From contig NC_057718.1 of assembly GCF_004010195.1 (NCBI RefSeq), positions 17,275,697 to 17,336,819 on the forward strand: a stretch of 61,123 bases of DNA. Reading direction: 5' to 3'. The stretch comes from Chiloscyllium plagiosum (lineage: Eukaryota). Of the stretch, positions 50,534-61,123 are shown one piece after another; the first letter of the stretch is position 1, and the number at the start of each line of letters is the position of its first letter. A program made the position numbers and the translations under genes. Under the pieces are notes generated by a model, which worked only from the letters and a program-made list of their open reading frames with translations, ran no database searches and had not been told where the DNA came from.

Positions 50534-50743
50534 AACATTTAGCATTTCAAGCCCTCAGCTTCTTTCACCCCACACACCTTCCCTGTCTCCACAGTGCTGA
50601 CCAGTACCAATCCTCCACTTCACCTCAGCAGAAACCAAAACATTTAGCATTTCAAGCCCTCAGCTTCTTTCACCCCACACACCCTCCCTACCTCCACAGT
50701 GCTGACCAGTACCAATCCTCCACTTCACCTCAGCAGAAACCAA
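50534..50743 (+). repeat. Tandem duplication, 2 x 105 bp
   Basis: CATTTAGCATTTCAAGCCCTCAGC... starts at 50536 and 50641. Confidence 0.92.
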
Positions 50744-51410
50744 TCCAGCCCAAACACTCTCTCAATTCATCAAAGCTGAATATTGCCTGAAGTGTACTGT
50801 ATTAGCACAGCCTCACAAACTCTGCAATGCTGGAACTGCAACGTGTCATACCCAGGACAAGGACGATTATAGGTCAGCGCAGTAAGATTTGTTGTTAACT
50901 GTAAACAGGCAAGCAGAGCAGTTGTCACTACCTCATCTCAACAGGATGGAGGTCACAATGATTCTTCCTTCACCATAATTTCATCGATGGAATAGTAGGG
51001 CTAGAGAAGGAGATTAAATTGTCCCTTAAATGAGAGAGCACATTTTAAATTGTTTTTTAAGTATCAGAAGATGCTATACACATCTTGAGCACCTTTTTAA
51101 AATGGTTTTACTTAAGTAATATAGTATAAACTGCAGACACATTTCACAGTTTCATGGTTCATTTGGGTAAATAATTTATTTTCATACTTCTGCTATTAAG
51201 AGCCACTAACAACATTCCAAAAGTGCTGGACTTTGAAAGTTAGAATTAAGTACTATTTCACTAGCAAGTGATAAAATATAGAGAAGGGAAATCTTAAATG
51301 TTTTTTGGAGAATGCTGTCTCCACATTATTTTTGTTAACTTATGTCATTCGGAATTCTTCAGTCTTTGTTTGGAATGTATTTTAAAACAATGAGAATTAT
51401 GACATTGAAA

Positions 51411-51416
51411 AATAAA
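51411..51416 (+). terminator. Candidate polyadenylation signal for SULT6B1 (alternative AATAAA at 50244-50249)
   Basis: AATAAA followed by a T/GT-rich downstream tract (TTTTGTTGTGTTTTTG). Confidence 0.45.
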
Positions 51417-53344
51417 ATGAGTTACTTTGGATTTTGTTGTGTTTTTGATCTGCATTTTTTTATGCATACTGTTGTGATCTTGTTTTGTGAATTTCCATGA
51501 GATGCTCCACTGTGCTAAAATGTTATTTGAACGTAATTATCCCATCATTGGTATTTATTTCTGTCCATGGTATGTGATGGTTGCTGGCTGGGCCAGTACA
51601 TAGTTCCCATCCCTAATTGCTGTTGAGAAGATGTTGGTGAGCTGTCTCTTTGAACTGCTGCAGTCCCTGAAGTGTAGCTACACCCTAACAGTGCCAATTG
51701 GGAGGGAGTTCCAGGATTTTGACCCAGTGACAGTGAAGAAACAGCAATGTGGTCGAGCCTGGATGGTATGCAGCTTGGGGGGGGGGGTGTGGTTTGGCAG
51801 GGGTTGGTGTTCCCATGACTCTGTTACCTTTGCCATTTTAGGTGATTGAGATTGTGAGTTTGGAAGGTGCTGGTGAAAAACTCTGGGTTAGTTTCTGCAG
51901 CATGTATTGTAGATGGTACATACTGCTGCTACTGGGCATTCATGTAGAAGGGAGTGAATGTTGAATGTGGTGGATGGAGTGCAAATCAGGTGGGCTGCTT
52001 TGACTTGGATGGTATTGAGGTCCTGAAGATTTTTGGAACTGCACTCATTCAGGCAAGTGGGGAATATTTCATCACTCTCCTGACTTGTGTCAATAGATAT
52101 TGCGGACGATGTGAGTTAACCCCAAGATGTTGATCGTGAAATATCATTTTGCGATGATAATGACATTGAATTTCAAAGGGAAATTCTCTCAATTTAGCCA
52201 TGGTCATTATTAGTTTTCTGTGTGGTGCAAATATATCACTTGCCTGCATATGGACACAAACTGTCTCAGTTCTGACTGTCATAAATGTTGCTGAACATTA
52301 TGCAATCAGCACTGACCTAATGATGGAGGGGGAAGGTCATTGATGAAGCAAATGAGGATGGTTGATAAATGAATACAGATACTTACAATTTGTAACTTAG
52401 CTTCAGCAGAATTACATGCTTGGTGGCATGTCTCTTTAGTACATATGTGTAACAAACCAGCTGGTTAGAGCTGACATCTAAACAGACAGAAAATCCTTAC
52501 ATTATGCAGCCATTCTCAGTGACCTGGCAAAGGGCTGGTGATTGTAGTTCTGGTGTTTGCCATTGGATGGCGCAGAGAGCCTTACTAACCAGGCAAGTGT
52601 GCAGACATGAACGAAGTAACAAGCTGCGAAGCACGTTTCTGCAAATGGCATTTCTAAAGTAAAGCTCTGTTGACCATTTGCAGAGATTTCCAAGAAATTA
52701 AACCATTAAAAATACATGTGGTACATGTCTGTCTTTTCCCCCTGTATCTTACTTAAGCTCTGGAAATGGCCTGTCTAAGTTCAGGACTCTGGTGCAACTT
52801 GAATGTCAAGGCAAAGGGGTGATGTTTAGGTGCAGAGTTATTTTGAATGCATTGGCCGTGTGTCAATAATTTAAAAGAATAAAAGGGGACACTTTGACTT
52901 TGGCAGCTTATGAGTCTGTTCAGGCAGATAGTAGTGTTTAGCTGTAGTTGTTTCATCACTAGGCAAAATTTCAATCCGGGTCATAAAGTGTGGTGCTGGA
53001 AAAGGACAGCAGGCACTTTTTGAATCATCTGCAGTCCTCACTTTCTTCTAGAATTTAAATCTGGGGCAAGGCACCTAAAATGCCAAATGAACAAAATATT
53101 TGAGGGGCATATCTCATAACAGCATGCACTCTGCTGTTCCCTCAGTTTGAAACCATGTGCCTCAGGCACAGTGACAATCCCATTCCAATTAAATGTTCTT
53201 ACAGCAGTAATAAAGGCTGAAAGTCACCATACTCCCAGAGAACCATAGGCTGCTCTCTCATTAGAGCGAGATAGACGATTACAGCCCTAGCCCATTCAAC
53301 TTCTCTTTTTAGCTCAAACCCTCCAACCCTGGAAACATCCTGGC

Positions 53345-54387
53345 TAGCTGAAAGAAGACAGTGATGGCTGATGGGAAATGTTCATCCTGGAGCTCAGTTA
53401 CCAGTGGTGTGCTGCAAGGGTCGGTGTTGGGTCCACTGCTGTTTGTCATTTTTATAAACAAACTGGATGAGGGCGTAGAAGGATGGGTTAGTAAATTTGC
53501 AGACGACACTAAGGTCAGTACTGTTGTGGATAGTGCCGAAGGATATTGTAGGTTACAGAGAGACATAGATAAGCTGCAGAGCTGGGCTGAGAGGTGGCAA
53601 ATGGTTTTAATGCAGAAAGGTGTGAGGTGATTCACTTTGGAAGGAGTAACAGGAATGTAGAGTACTGGGAGAATGGTAAGATTCTTGGTAGTGTAGATGA
53701 GCAGAGAGATCTCTGAGTCCACGTACATAGATCCCTGAAAGTTGCTACCCAGGTTGACAGGGTTGTTAAGAAGGCATACGGCGTGTTAGCTTTTATTAGT
53801 AGAAGGATTGAGTTTCGGAACCATGAAGTCATGCTGCAGTTGTACAAAACTCTGGTGCGGTCGCACTTGGAGTAATGCGTGTAGTTCTGGTCACCACATT
53901 ATAGGAAGGATGTGGAAGCTTTGAAAAGGGTTCGTAGGAGATTTACTAGGATGTTGCCTCATATGGAGGGAAAGTCTTTAAAGGAAAGGTTGAGGGACTT
54001 GAGGCTGTTTTTGTTAGAGAGAAGAAAGTTGAGAGATGACTTAATTGAGACATATAAGATAATCAGAGGGTTTGATCAGGTGGACAGTGAGAGCCTTTTT
54101 CCTTGGATGGTGATGGCTAGCATGAGGGGACATAGCTTCAAATTAAGGGGTGATAGATATCGGACAGATGTCAGAGGTAGTTTCTTTACTCAGAGTAGTA
54201 GGTCATGGAACGCACTGCCTACAACAATAGTAGACTCGCCAGCTTTACGTGCATTTAAATGGTCATTGGATAAACATATGGACGCGAATGGAATAGTGTA
54301 GGATAGATAGGCTTCAGATTGGTTTCACAGGGCAGCGCAACATCGAGGGCCAAAAGGCTTGTACTGCGCTGTTATGTTCTATGTTCT
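53345..54387 (+). mobile_element. CR1 LINE RT and 3' end, nested in a minus-strand CR1 fragment
   Basis: SGVLQGSVLGPLLFVIFIN...KFADDTK; CTATGTT tail; host CR1 resumes at ATCCTTGTAAATC. Confidence 0.92.
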
Positions 54388-54619
54388 ATCCTTGTAAATC
54401 TTTTCTGGACCTTTTCAAGTTTCGCAACATCCTTCCTACAGCAAGAAGACCAGAATTGCATGCAGTATTCCAAAACTGGCCTAACCAATGTCCTGCACTC
54501 CACAACTTCCCAACTGCTAGACTCAATGCTCTGATCAATAAAGGCAAGCATACCAAAAGGCCTTCTTCATTATCCCGTCTACCTGTGACTCCACTTTCAA
54601 GGAACTATGAACCTGCACT

Positions 54620-57600
54620 CCAGGTTTGGATTCTCCTTAATCCTATTTGCCAAAGCTATCTCATGTCCTCTTTTTGTCATCTTGATTTTCCTCTTACGTA
54701 TATCCCTACTGCACTTATATTCTTCTAGAAATTCACTTGCTCTCTGCAGTCTATACCTGATATATGCTTCCTTCTTATTCTTAACCAAAACCTCAATTTC
54801 TTTAGTCATTTCCAGCTTTCCCTACACCTACTAGCCTTGCCCTTCACCCTAACAGGAACATACTGTCTCTGGACTCCCATTATCTCATTTCTGAAGGTTT
54901 CCCATTTTCCAGCCATCCCTTTACCTGCAAACATCCGCTCCCAATCAACTTTTGAAAATTCTTGCCTAATACCGTCAAAATTGGCTTTCCTCCAATTTAG
55001 AACTTTAACATTTAGATCGGGTCTATCCTTTTCCATCACTATTTTAAAACTAATAAAATTATGTTCGCTGGCCCCAAAGTGCTCCCCCACTGACATCTCA
55101 GTCACCTGCCCTGCCTTATTTCCTGTGAGTAGGTCAGGTTTTGCACCTTCTCCAGTAGGTACATACACAGACTAAATCAGAAAACTTTCTTGTGCACATT
55201 TGACAAATTCCTCTCCATCCAAGCCCATAACACAATGGCAGTCCCAGTCTATGTTTAGAAAATTAAAATCCCCTACCATAACTATTCTATTATTCTTACA
55301 GATAACAAAGCTGCTTACAAATTTATTTCTCAATTTCTCACTGACTACTGGTGGGGGGCACTATAGTACAATCCCAATAAGGTAATCATCCCTTTCGTAT
55401 TTCTCAGTTCCACCCAAATAATCTCCTTAGACATATTCCCAGGAATATCCTCCCTACGTCCAGCCATAATGTTATCCCTTATTAAAGATGCCACTCCCAG
55501 CCACCCCTGCCCTTTTCTATCCATCCAGTAGAAACTGTACCATGGAAGATTACGCTGCCACTCCTGTCCATCCTTGAGCCATGTCTCTGTAGTCAGTCTC
55601 ATGTTCCCAACCATGCCCCGAGCGCATCTGCCTTACCTGTCAGGCCTCTTGCTTTGAAATAAATGTAGTTTATTTTATCTGTCCTATCTCATTCTCTGCT
55701 TTGTTCCTGCCTGCCCTGACTGTTAGTCTTGCTCCTTTCCTAACTTCATCAGTCTCAGACTGATCTTTCCTCACCATCCCCCTGGGTCTCACTCCCCCAG
55801 CTTACTAGATTAAATTCTCCTGAGTAGCTCTAGCAAATCTCCTTGCCAGTATATCAGTCCCTTCCAATTCAGGTGCAATCTGTCCTTTTTATACAGGTCA
55901 CTTCAATCCCAGAAGAGATTCCAATGATCCAGAAATGTGAACCCTTCTCCCCTGCACCAGCCCCTCAGCCTTGCTTTCATCTGATCTATCCTCCTATTCC
56001 TCCCCTCACTAGCTCATGGTACCGGGAGTAATCCAGATATCACTATCCTTGAGGATCTCCTTTTTAAAATCCTGCCAAACTTCCTATATTATCTCCTCAG
56101 AATATCGTTCTTTTCTCTTCCTGTGTTGTTGGTTCCAATGAGTACAACAACTTCCAAATGATCCCTATTCTCCTTGAGAATATTCTGTATGCTCTGAGTG
56201 ATAGCCTTGATACTGGCACTAGGGAGGCAACAGACCTTTCTGATGTCTCATTGTCGTCTGCAGAAATGTCTGTCTGTGCCTCTGACTAGAGAGCCCCCAT
56301 CACAAACAATCCCCTGGAATCTTGTTACACTTGGGCTAGTCTCAGTACCAGAAACCTGGCTGTCAGTACTACCAAGTTTTGAGAAGATTTGTAGTTCAGG
56401 CTGAGGTTCTGGATGTAGGTTTGCTTGCTGAGCTGGGAGATTCATTTCCAGACATTTCGTCCCCCTACTAGGTAACATCTTCGGTGGGCCTCAGGTGAAG
56501 CAGTGTACATAATTCCTGCTTTCTATTTATATGTTTGGGTTTCTTTGGGTTGGTGATATTATTTCCTGTGGTGATGTCATTTCCTGTTCTTTTTCTCAGG
56601 GGGTGGTAGATGGAGTCTAACTTGATGTATTTGTTGATAGAGTTCCGGTTGGAATGCCATGCTTCTAGGAATTCTCATGTGTGTCTCTCTTTGGCTTGTC
56701 ATAAGATGGATGTGTTGGCCCAGTCAAAGTGGTGTACTTCCTTATCTGTATGTAAGGATATTAGCAAGAGAGGGTCATGTCGTTTTGGGGCTAGTTGGTG
56801 TTCATGTATCTTGATGGCTAGTTTTCTGCCTGTTTGTCCAATGTAGTGTTTGTTACAGTTCTTGCACGATATTTTGTAAATGACATTAGTTTTGCTTGTT
56901 GTCCGTATAGGATCTTTCAAATTCATTTGCTGTTGTTTTAGTGTGTTGGTGGGTTTGTGGGCTACCATGATGCCAAGAGGTCTGAGTAGTCTGGCAGTCA
57001 TTTCCGAGATATCTTTGATGTAGGGGAGAGTGGCTAGGGATGTGTTTTGTCTGCTTGTTTGGGTTTGATCCTCTGAGAGTCCATCATTCCCTACATTTTA
57101 CAAAACAGTTCATTTGTTTGAGATGGGGATAACCACAGCAGACGCCTGCATTACCTGCCTCCCTCTCCTCCCTTTCCTGGAAGTAACCCATCTACCTGAC
57201 TGTATCTGCAGCTCTTCTCCCTTCCTGCTCTTGTAAAATCCTCATCGCTTCTAATTGCTTCTTCAAACAATCCATGCGATTTGGTCGGATTGACAACCAA
57301 ACACACTTCCTGCAGACATAATCATCAGTGATTATGATCAAAGGCCATCTTTGCCTTAACAATTGACAGACCCAGAAAGTTGCACAGTCTTACTGCTCTA
57401 AAGCACTGTTCCACTGCTCCAATCACCAACCCAAAGAAATCCAAACATATAAATAGAAAGCAGGAATTTTCAGCAGTGCTTTGCTTCAGGCCCACTGAAG
57501 GTGTTACCTGATAGGGTGACAAAACTCTGGAAATGAACCTTTAAGCTCAGCGAGCAAACCTACATCCAACATTGCTTCAGGCTAACATGGTACCTATGTT

Positions 57601-58150
57601 TTATATTTCAAAAGTTTAATCAAAAGGCAGAACTCAATACAAACACATCATCAAAAATGAACCCACTCTACTCACTATTGTAGATTTACAAAAACAAAAG
57701 TAAGGTTACACTTTAAAACTAACCACTTGGCTGCTTCTCTGCTGTGGGCTCCATCCCCCATCACATAGGTTCCTCCAAGATCAGCTGTGAATTTCACTGT
57801 TCGTGTATTTTTTTTAAGACAAACACCAATGTCCAGAGGTACCTGAAACAATCCAACAGAGGCAGTCAGCTGTACAGGTTCACTGCCTGGTCAGACAACT
57901 ATGCAGGTTAGTTTCTGTTTGTTTCACTTTCCACGTGATTACTGTCATTGTCACTCCTCATCCTTTTTAAAGTGCCATTGTTTTGACCTTTTTTTCCCTC
58001 AAAATTTGAAAACAATGCAACAGATTATAAAACAGTAAGTACAGATCCTAGAATTCATGGAAATCAGCTCCACCACTGAAAATACCTCCAAAAACGAGTA
58101 GCTCGTACAGCCACAATTTTTTCCCATCCTCCATCTTGGATCACCCAGAA
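54620..58150 (-). mobile_element. CR1 LINE 5' half (5'UTR, ORF1 zinc finger and esterase, ORF2 endonuclease), interrupted by Penelope pieces
   Basis: Minus strand DDYVCRKC (~57300), GGSLVRGTDRHFC (~56280), TETWL, EHFGASEHNFISF; 5'UTR boundary approximate. Confidence 0.8.
56370..57070 (-). mobile_element. Penelope-like 3' fragment (GIY-YIG) with degenerate hammerhead; inverted partner at ~57410-57570
   Basis: NVIYKISCKNCNKHYIGQTGRKLAIKIHEH. Confidence 0.88.
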
Positions 58151-58911
58151 TTCTTCTTTAGAGGAGTAACTACCAGCCTTCCCCCCTCAGGCTGACATAG
58201 AGTCATAGAGATATACAGCATGGAAACTGACCCTTCGGTCCAATGTTAGATAGTTTCTAATCAACGCTTTCAGAGATGTTATGACGCATCTTTGAAGCAG
58301 GTAGGACTTGAACCCAGGCCTCCTGGCTCAGAGGCAGGGGCTTTACCACTGTGTCACAAGCTATCTAGTTACAATTGGCATAAGGCGAGCAGCTTATTCT
58401 AATTGAATAAGATTAACTCCAAATATCTTCTGAAGTTGTCATGCAAATTGTTTTGTTGTAACCAATCACTGCAGTGGTGAGTCGTTAGAGACAATAGCGT
58501 GTATTTAGGGGTAGGACTCTCTCTGGTGCTAACCAACGGTGAAATTTCAGACTGGCACATTCGTGATTTTGAGAGGAGGGTATGGTGGGAAATGAGTGGG
58601 CAATAAAAATCCCTCTTATTCACACATTGCGGCATAGATTCATTCAGCACAGAAACAGACCCTTCAGTCCAACTCGTTCATGTCGACCAAGTTTACCAAA
58701 CTAAGCTAGTCCCACTTGTGAGAAGTGAGTTGGCGATAGATGAGAATAGGATCAAAAGGGAAGGAGGAGCAATAAAAATGATAAGTAAATCAATGAAACC
58801 GTTATAATTTAACCACATTTCATAACATTTAGAGTTGAACATCAGCAAATGCAATGAGTGACTTTGTTCTGAGTAGTAAGCATGAACTAGGAGAAGCATA
58901 TTTGTTGGAAT

Positions 58912-59045
58912 TGAAAAGCGTGACACTGGAAAAGCACCGCGGGTCAGGCAGCATCCAAGGAGCAGGAGAATCGACGTTTCGAGCATAAGCTCATCATCAG
59001 GCATTTCGACTTGATTTCTGGCATCTGCAGTCCTCACTTTCTCCT
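58912..59045. mobile_element. Penelope-end mini-insert; hammerhead on minus strand at 58972-59001
   Basis: CUGAUGA-U-GAGC UUAU GCUC-GAAA-CGUC; degenerate ~16-bp flanking duplication ATAT-T-TTGGAATTG; absent from the left arm. Confidence 0.8.
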
Positions 59046-60056
59046 ATATCTATTGGAATTGTCTGTTGAAATTACTTGAGCCCAAAAATGTCACGGTGAA
59101 GCTGAAGGCAGAAGTGCTGTCAGGATGTTCAAAGGACAATGTTCTGGTGACAAGAAAAGAACTGGCAGTGGTTGAGGGAAGAATGGTGTTTACTTCCAGT
59201 TAGGGAGAAATCAGGGAAGGACAGACCTGGCAAAAAAGATCTGGGTTCCATTATCCATTCAAACATATTTGAAACACTGGCATTCTGTGGAGAGGATTTT
59301 CTGAATTTATTCGCAAGATGTGGGTGTTCCAGGAGGGCCAGCATTTATTGCTGTTGAGAAGGTGATGGTGTGCTACCTTCTTGAATACAACTGAGTGGAT
59401 TGCCAGACCATTTCACAAGGAAATAAAGAGTCAACCACGTTGCTGATATCTTGTGGCTAATGTATAAATCAGACTGAGCAAGGATGTCAGATTTCCTCTC
59501 TTGATGGACATGAAGGATGTTGCTGGGACTGGAGGGTTTAAGTTATAAGGAGAGGCTGGATAGGGCGGGAGTTTTTTCCACAGATGGTGGTTTGTATATG
59601 GAATTAACTGCCAGAGGAAGTGGTAGGTGCAGATACAGTTACAAAATTTAAGAGATATTTGGACAAATACATGGATAGGAAAGGTATCCTATAGGCCAAG
59701 TGCAGACAAGTGGGACTAGTTTAGTTTGGGAAGCCTGGTCAGCTGAGATGAGTTGGACCAAAGGGTCTATTTCTGTGCTTTTTGACTGTGTGAGTGAATC
59801 AGAGGGTTTTTAAATGACAGTATGGTCACTAATAATGATATTATTTTTCATTCCAGAGTTAGTTGTTCCAGTTTAAACTCCCTTACAGCCATGATAGAAC
59901 CTAAACTGGTGTCTCTGGATTATCAGCCCATGATTCTGTATTAAAACATAGAAACATGGAAGATAGGAGCAGGAGTAGGCCATTCGACCCCCCTCGAGCC
60001 GGCTTCACCATTCAATATGGCTGACCATCGAACTCAATTCCCTAATTCCCTTTGAT

Positions 60057-60377
60057 GGGCGGCACGGTGGCACAGTGGTTAGCACTGCTGCCTCACAGCG
60101 CCAGAGACCCGGGTTCAATTCCCGCCTCAGGCGACTGACTGTGTGGAGTTTGCACATTCTCCCCGTGTCTGCGTGGGTTTCCTCCGGGTGCTCCGGTTTC
60201 CTCCCACAGTCACAAAGATGTGCAGGGTCAGGTGAATTGGCCATGCTAAATTGTCCGTAGTGTTAGGTAAGGGGTAAATGTAGGGGTATGGGTGGGTTTC
60301 GCTTCGGCGGGTCGGTGTGGACTTGTTGGGCCGAAGGGCCTGTTTCCACACTGTAATCTAATCTAATCTAATCTAAT
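60057..60377 (+). mobile_element. HE1-type SINE, young, specific to the right arm
   Basis: CpG-intact head, (CTAAT)n tail; empty site at ~1040-1055 in the left arm. Confidence 0.93.
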
Positions 60378-61060
60378 CCCGCCCTCCCTCCATATCCCCA
60401 TGAGGTTTACCTCTTATCCTTAAACTATGGTCCTTGGTTCTGGACTCCCTCATCATTGGGAAAATCCTTCCTGCATGTAAACTTCCTAGCCCTGCTATAA
60501 TTTTACAGGTTTCTGTGAGATCTCACCTCATTCTTCTCAACTCCTATGAATATAATCCTAATTGACTCAATCTCTCCTTACACATTATCCTGCCATCCCA
60601 GGAATCAATTTGGTAAGCCTTCGCTGTCCTCTACAGTGAGAACATCCTTCTCAGATAAAGAGATTAAAACTGCACCCAATGTTCAAGGTGTGGCCTCACC
60701 AAGGCCCTGTATAACTGCAGCAAGATGTCCTTGTTCCTGTACTCGAATCCTCTCGCTCTGAAAACCAACATAGAGTTTGCCTTCATTACTGCCTGCTGCA
60801 CCTGCACACTCCACTTGTGACTGATGCACAAGGCCGCATTGAACATTCTCTCTCAATTTACAGCCTCCCAAACAATAATCTGCCTTCCTATTTTTGCTAC
60901 CAAAGGGATAACCTCACATTCATCCTCATTATACTCATCTGCCATGTATTTGCCCACTCTCTCAGTCTGCCCAAATCACACTGCAACACCTCTCCATCCT
61001 CCTCCCAGCTCACCCTCCCACCCAGCTTTGTCTCATCTGTATATTTTGTCATTGAGTTCC
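60378..61060 (-). mobile_element. CR1-type LINE 3' fragment (mirror of left-arm copy)
   Basis: LYRALVRPHLEHWVQF on the minus strand. Confidence 0.85.
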
Positions 61061-61123
61061 CTAATTTTAATCATGAATATATATTGTGAATACCTGGGGT
61101 CTTCATACCAATCCCTGCCCCAC

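Larger units (their letters stand above)
58441..61123 (-). repeat. Right arm of large inverted duplication (runs to the window edge)
   Basis: Window end ...CCCTGCCCCAC is the reverse complement of 292 onward; contains extra SINE and Penelope-end inserts. Confidence 0.93.

Noticed and set aside
4808..59045. CRISPR-like array from recurring ~40-bp repeats
   Set aside because: Copies are kilobases apart in both orientations, are retroelement ends, and have no spacers or cas genes.
8467..60377. tRNA genes at the A/B-box motifs
   Set aside because: Each is the head of a SINE that continues into the V-domain and LINE-derived tail.
292..61123. Whole window as a giant DNA transposon (Polinton/Teratorn-like) with terminal inverted repeats
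   Set aside because: The arms are ordinary repeat-laden DNA with private insertions and fading inner identity. No integrase, polB or capsid ORFs lie between them, and the only transposase has its own TIRs and TSD.

Overview
Repeat-dense vertebrate genomic DNA, most likely from a shark (inferred from HE1-type tRNA/V-SINEs, CR1 LINEs and Penelope-like elements). It holds one intact protein-coding gene: a 7-exon cytosolic sulfotransferase on the + strand (CDS 20602-50127, 954 nt, 317 aa) whose motifs best fit SULT6B1. The gene lies in a ~53.6-kb spacer between two arms of a large inverted duplication (292-~4782 vs ~58441-61123, running off the right edge). Arm identity falls from near-perfect at the outer ends to clearly diverged at the inner ends. 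The left arm carries a 2.1-kb hAT (Charlie/OC1-like) transposon, and the matching site in the right arm has an altered, excision-footprint-like junction. Many Penelope-derived inserts carry minimal type I hammerhead ribozyme cores (CUGANGA-helix II-GAAA-NGUH) with covarying helix II; several are sense-oriented within SULT6B1 introns, including one in a ~620-bp fold-back palindrome. The proximal promoter and start codon, with an inverted pair of AhR XRE consensus sites, are duplicated 1359 bp upstream beside a Penelope insertion. Identities and family names come from manual reading, not database searches.
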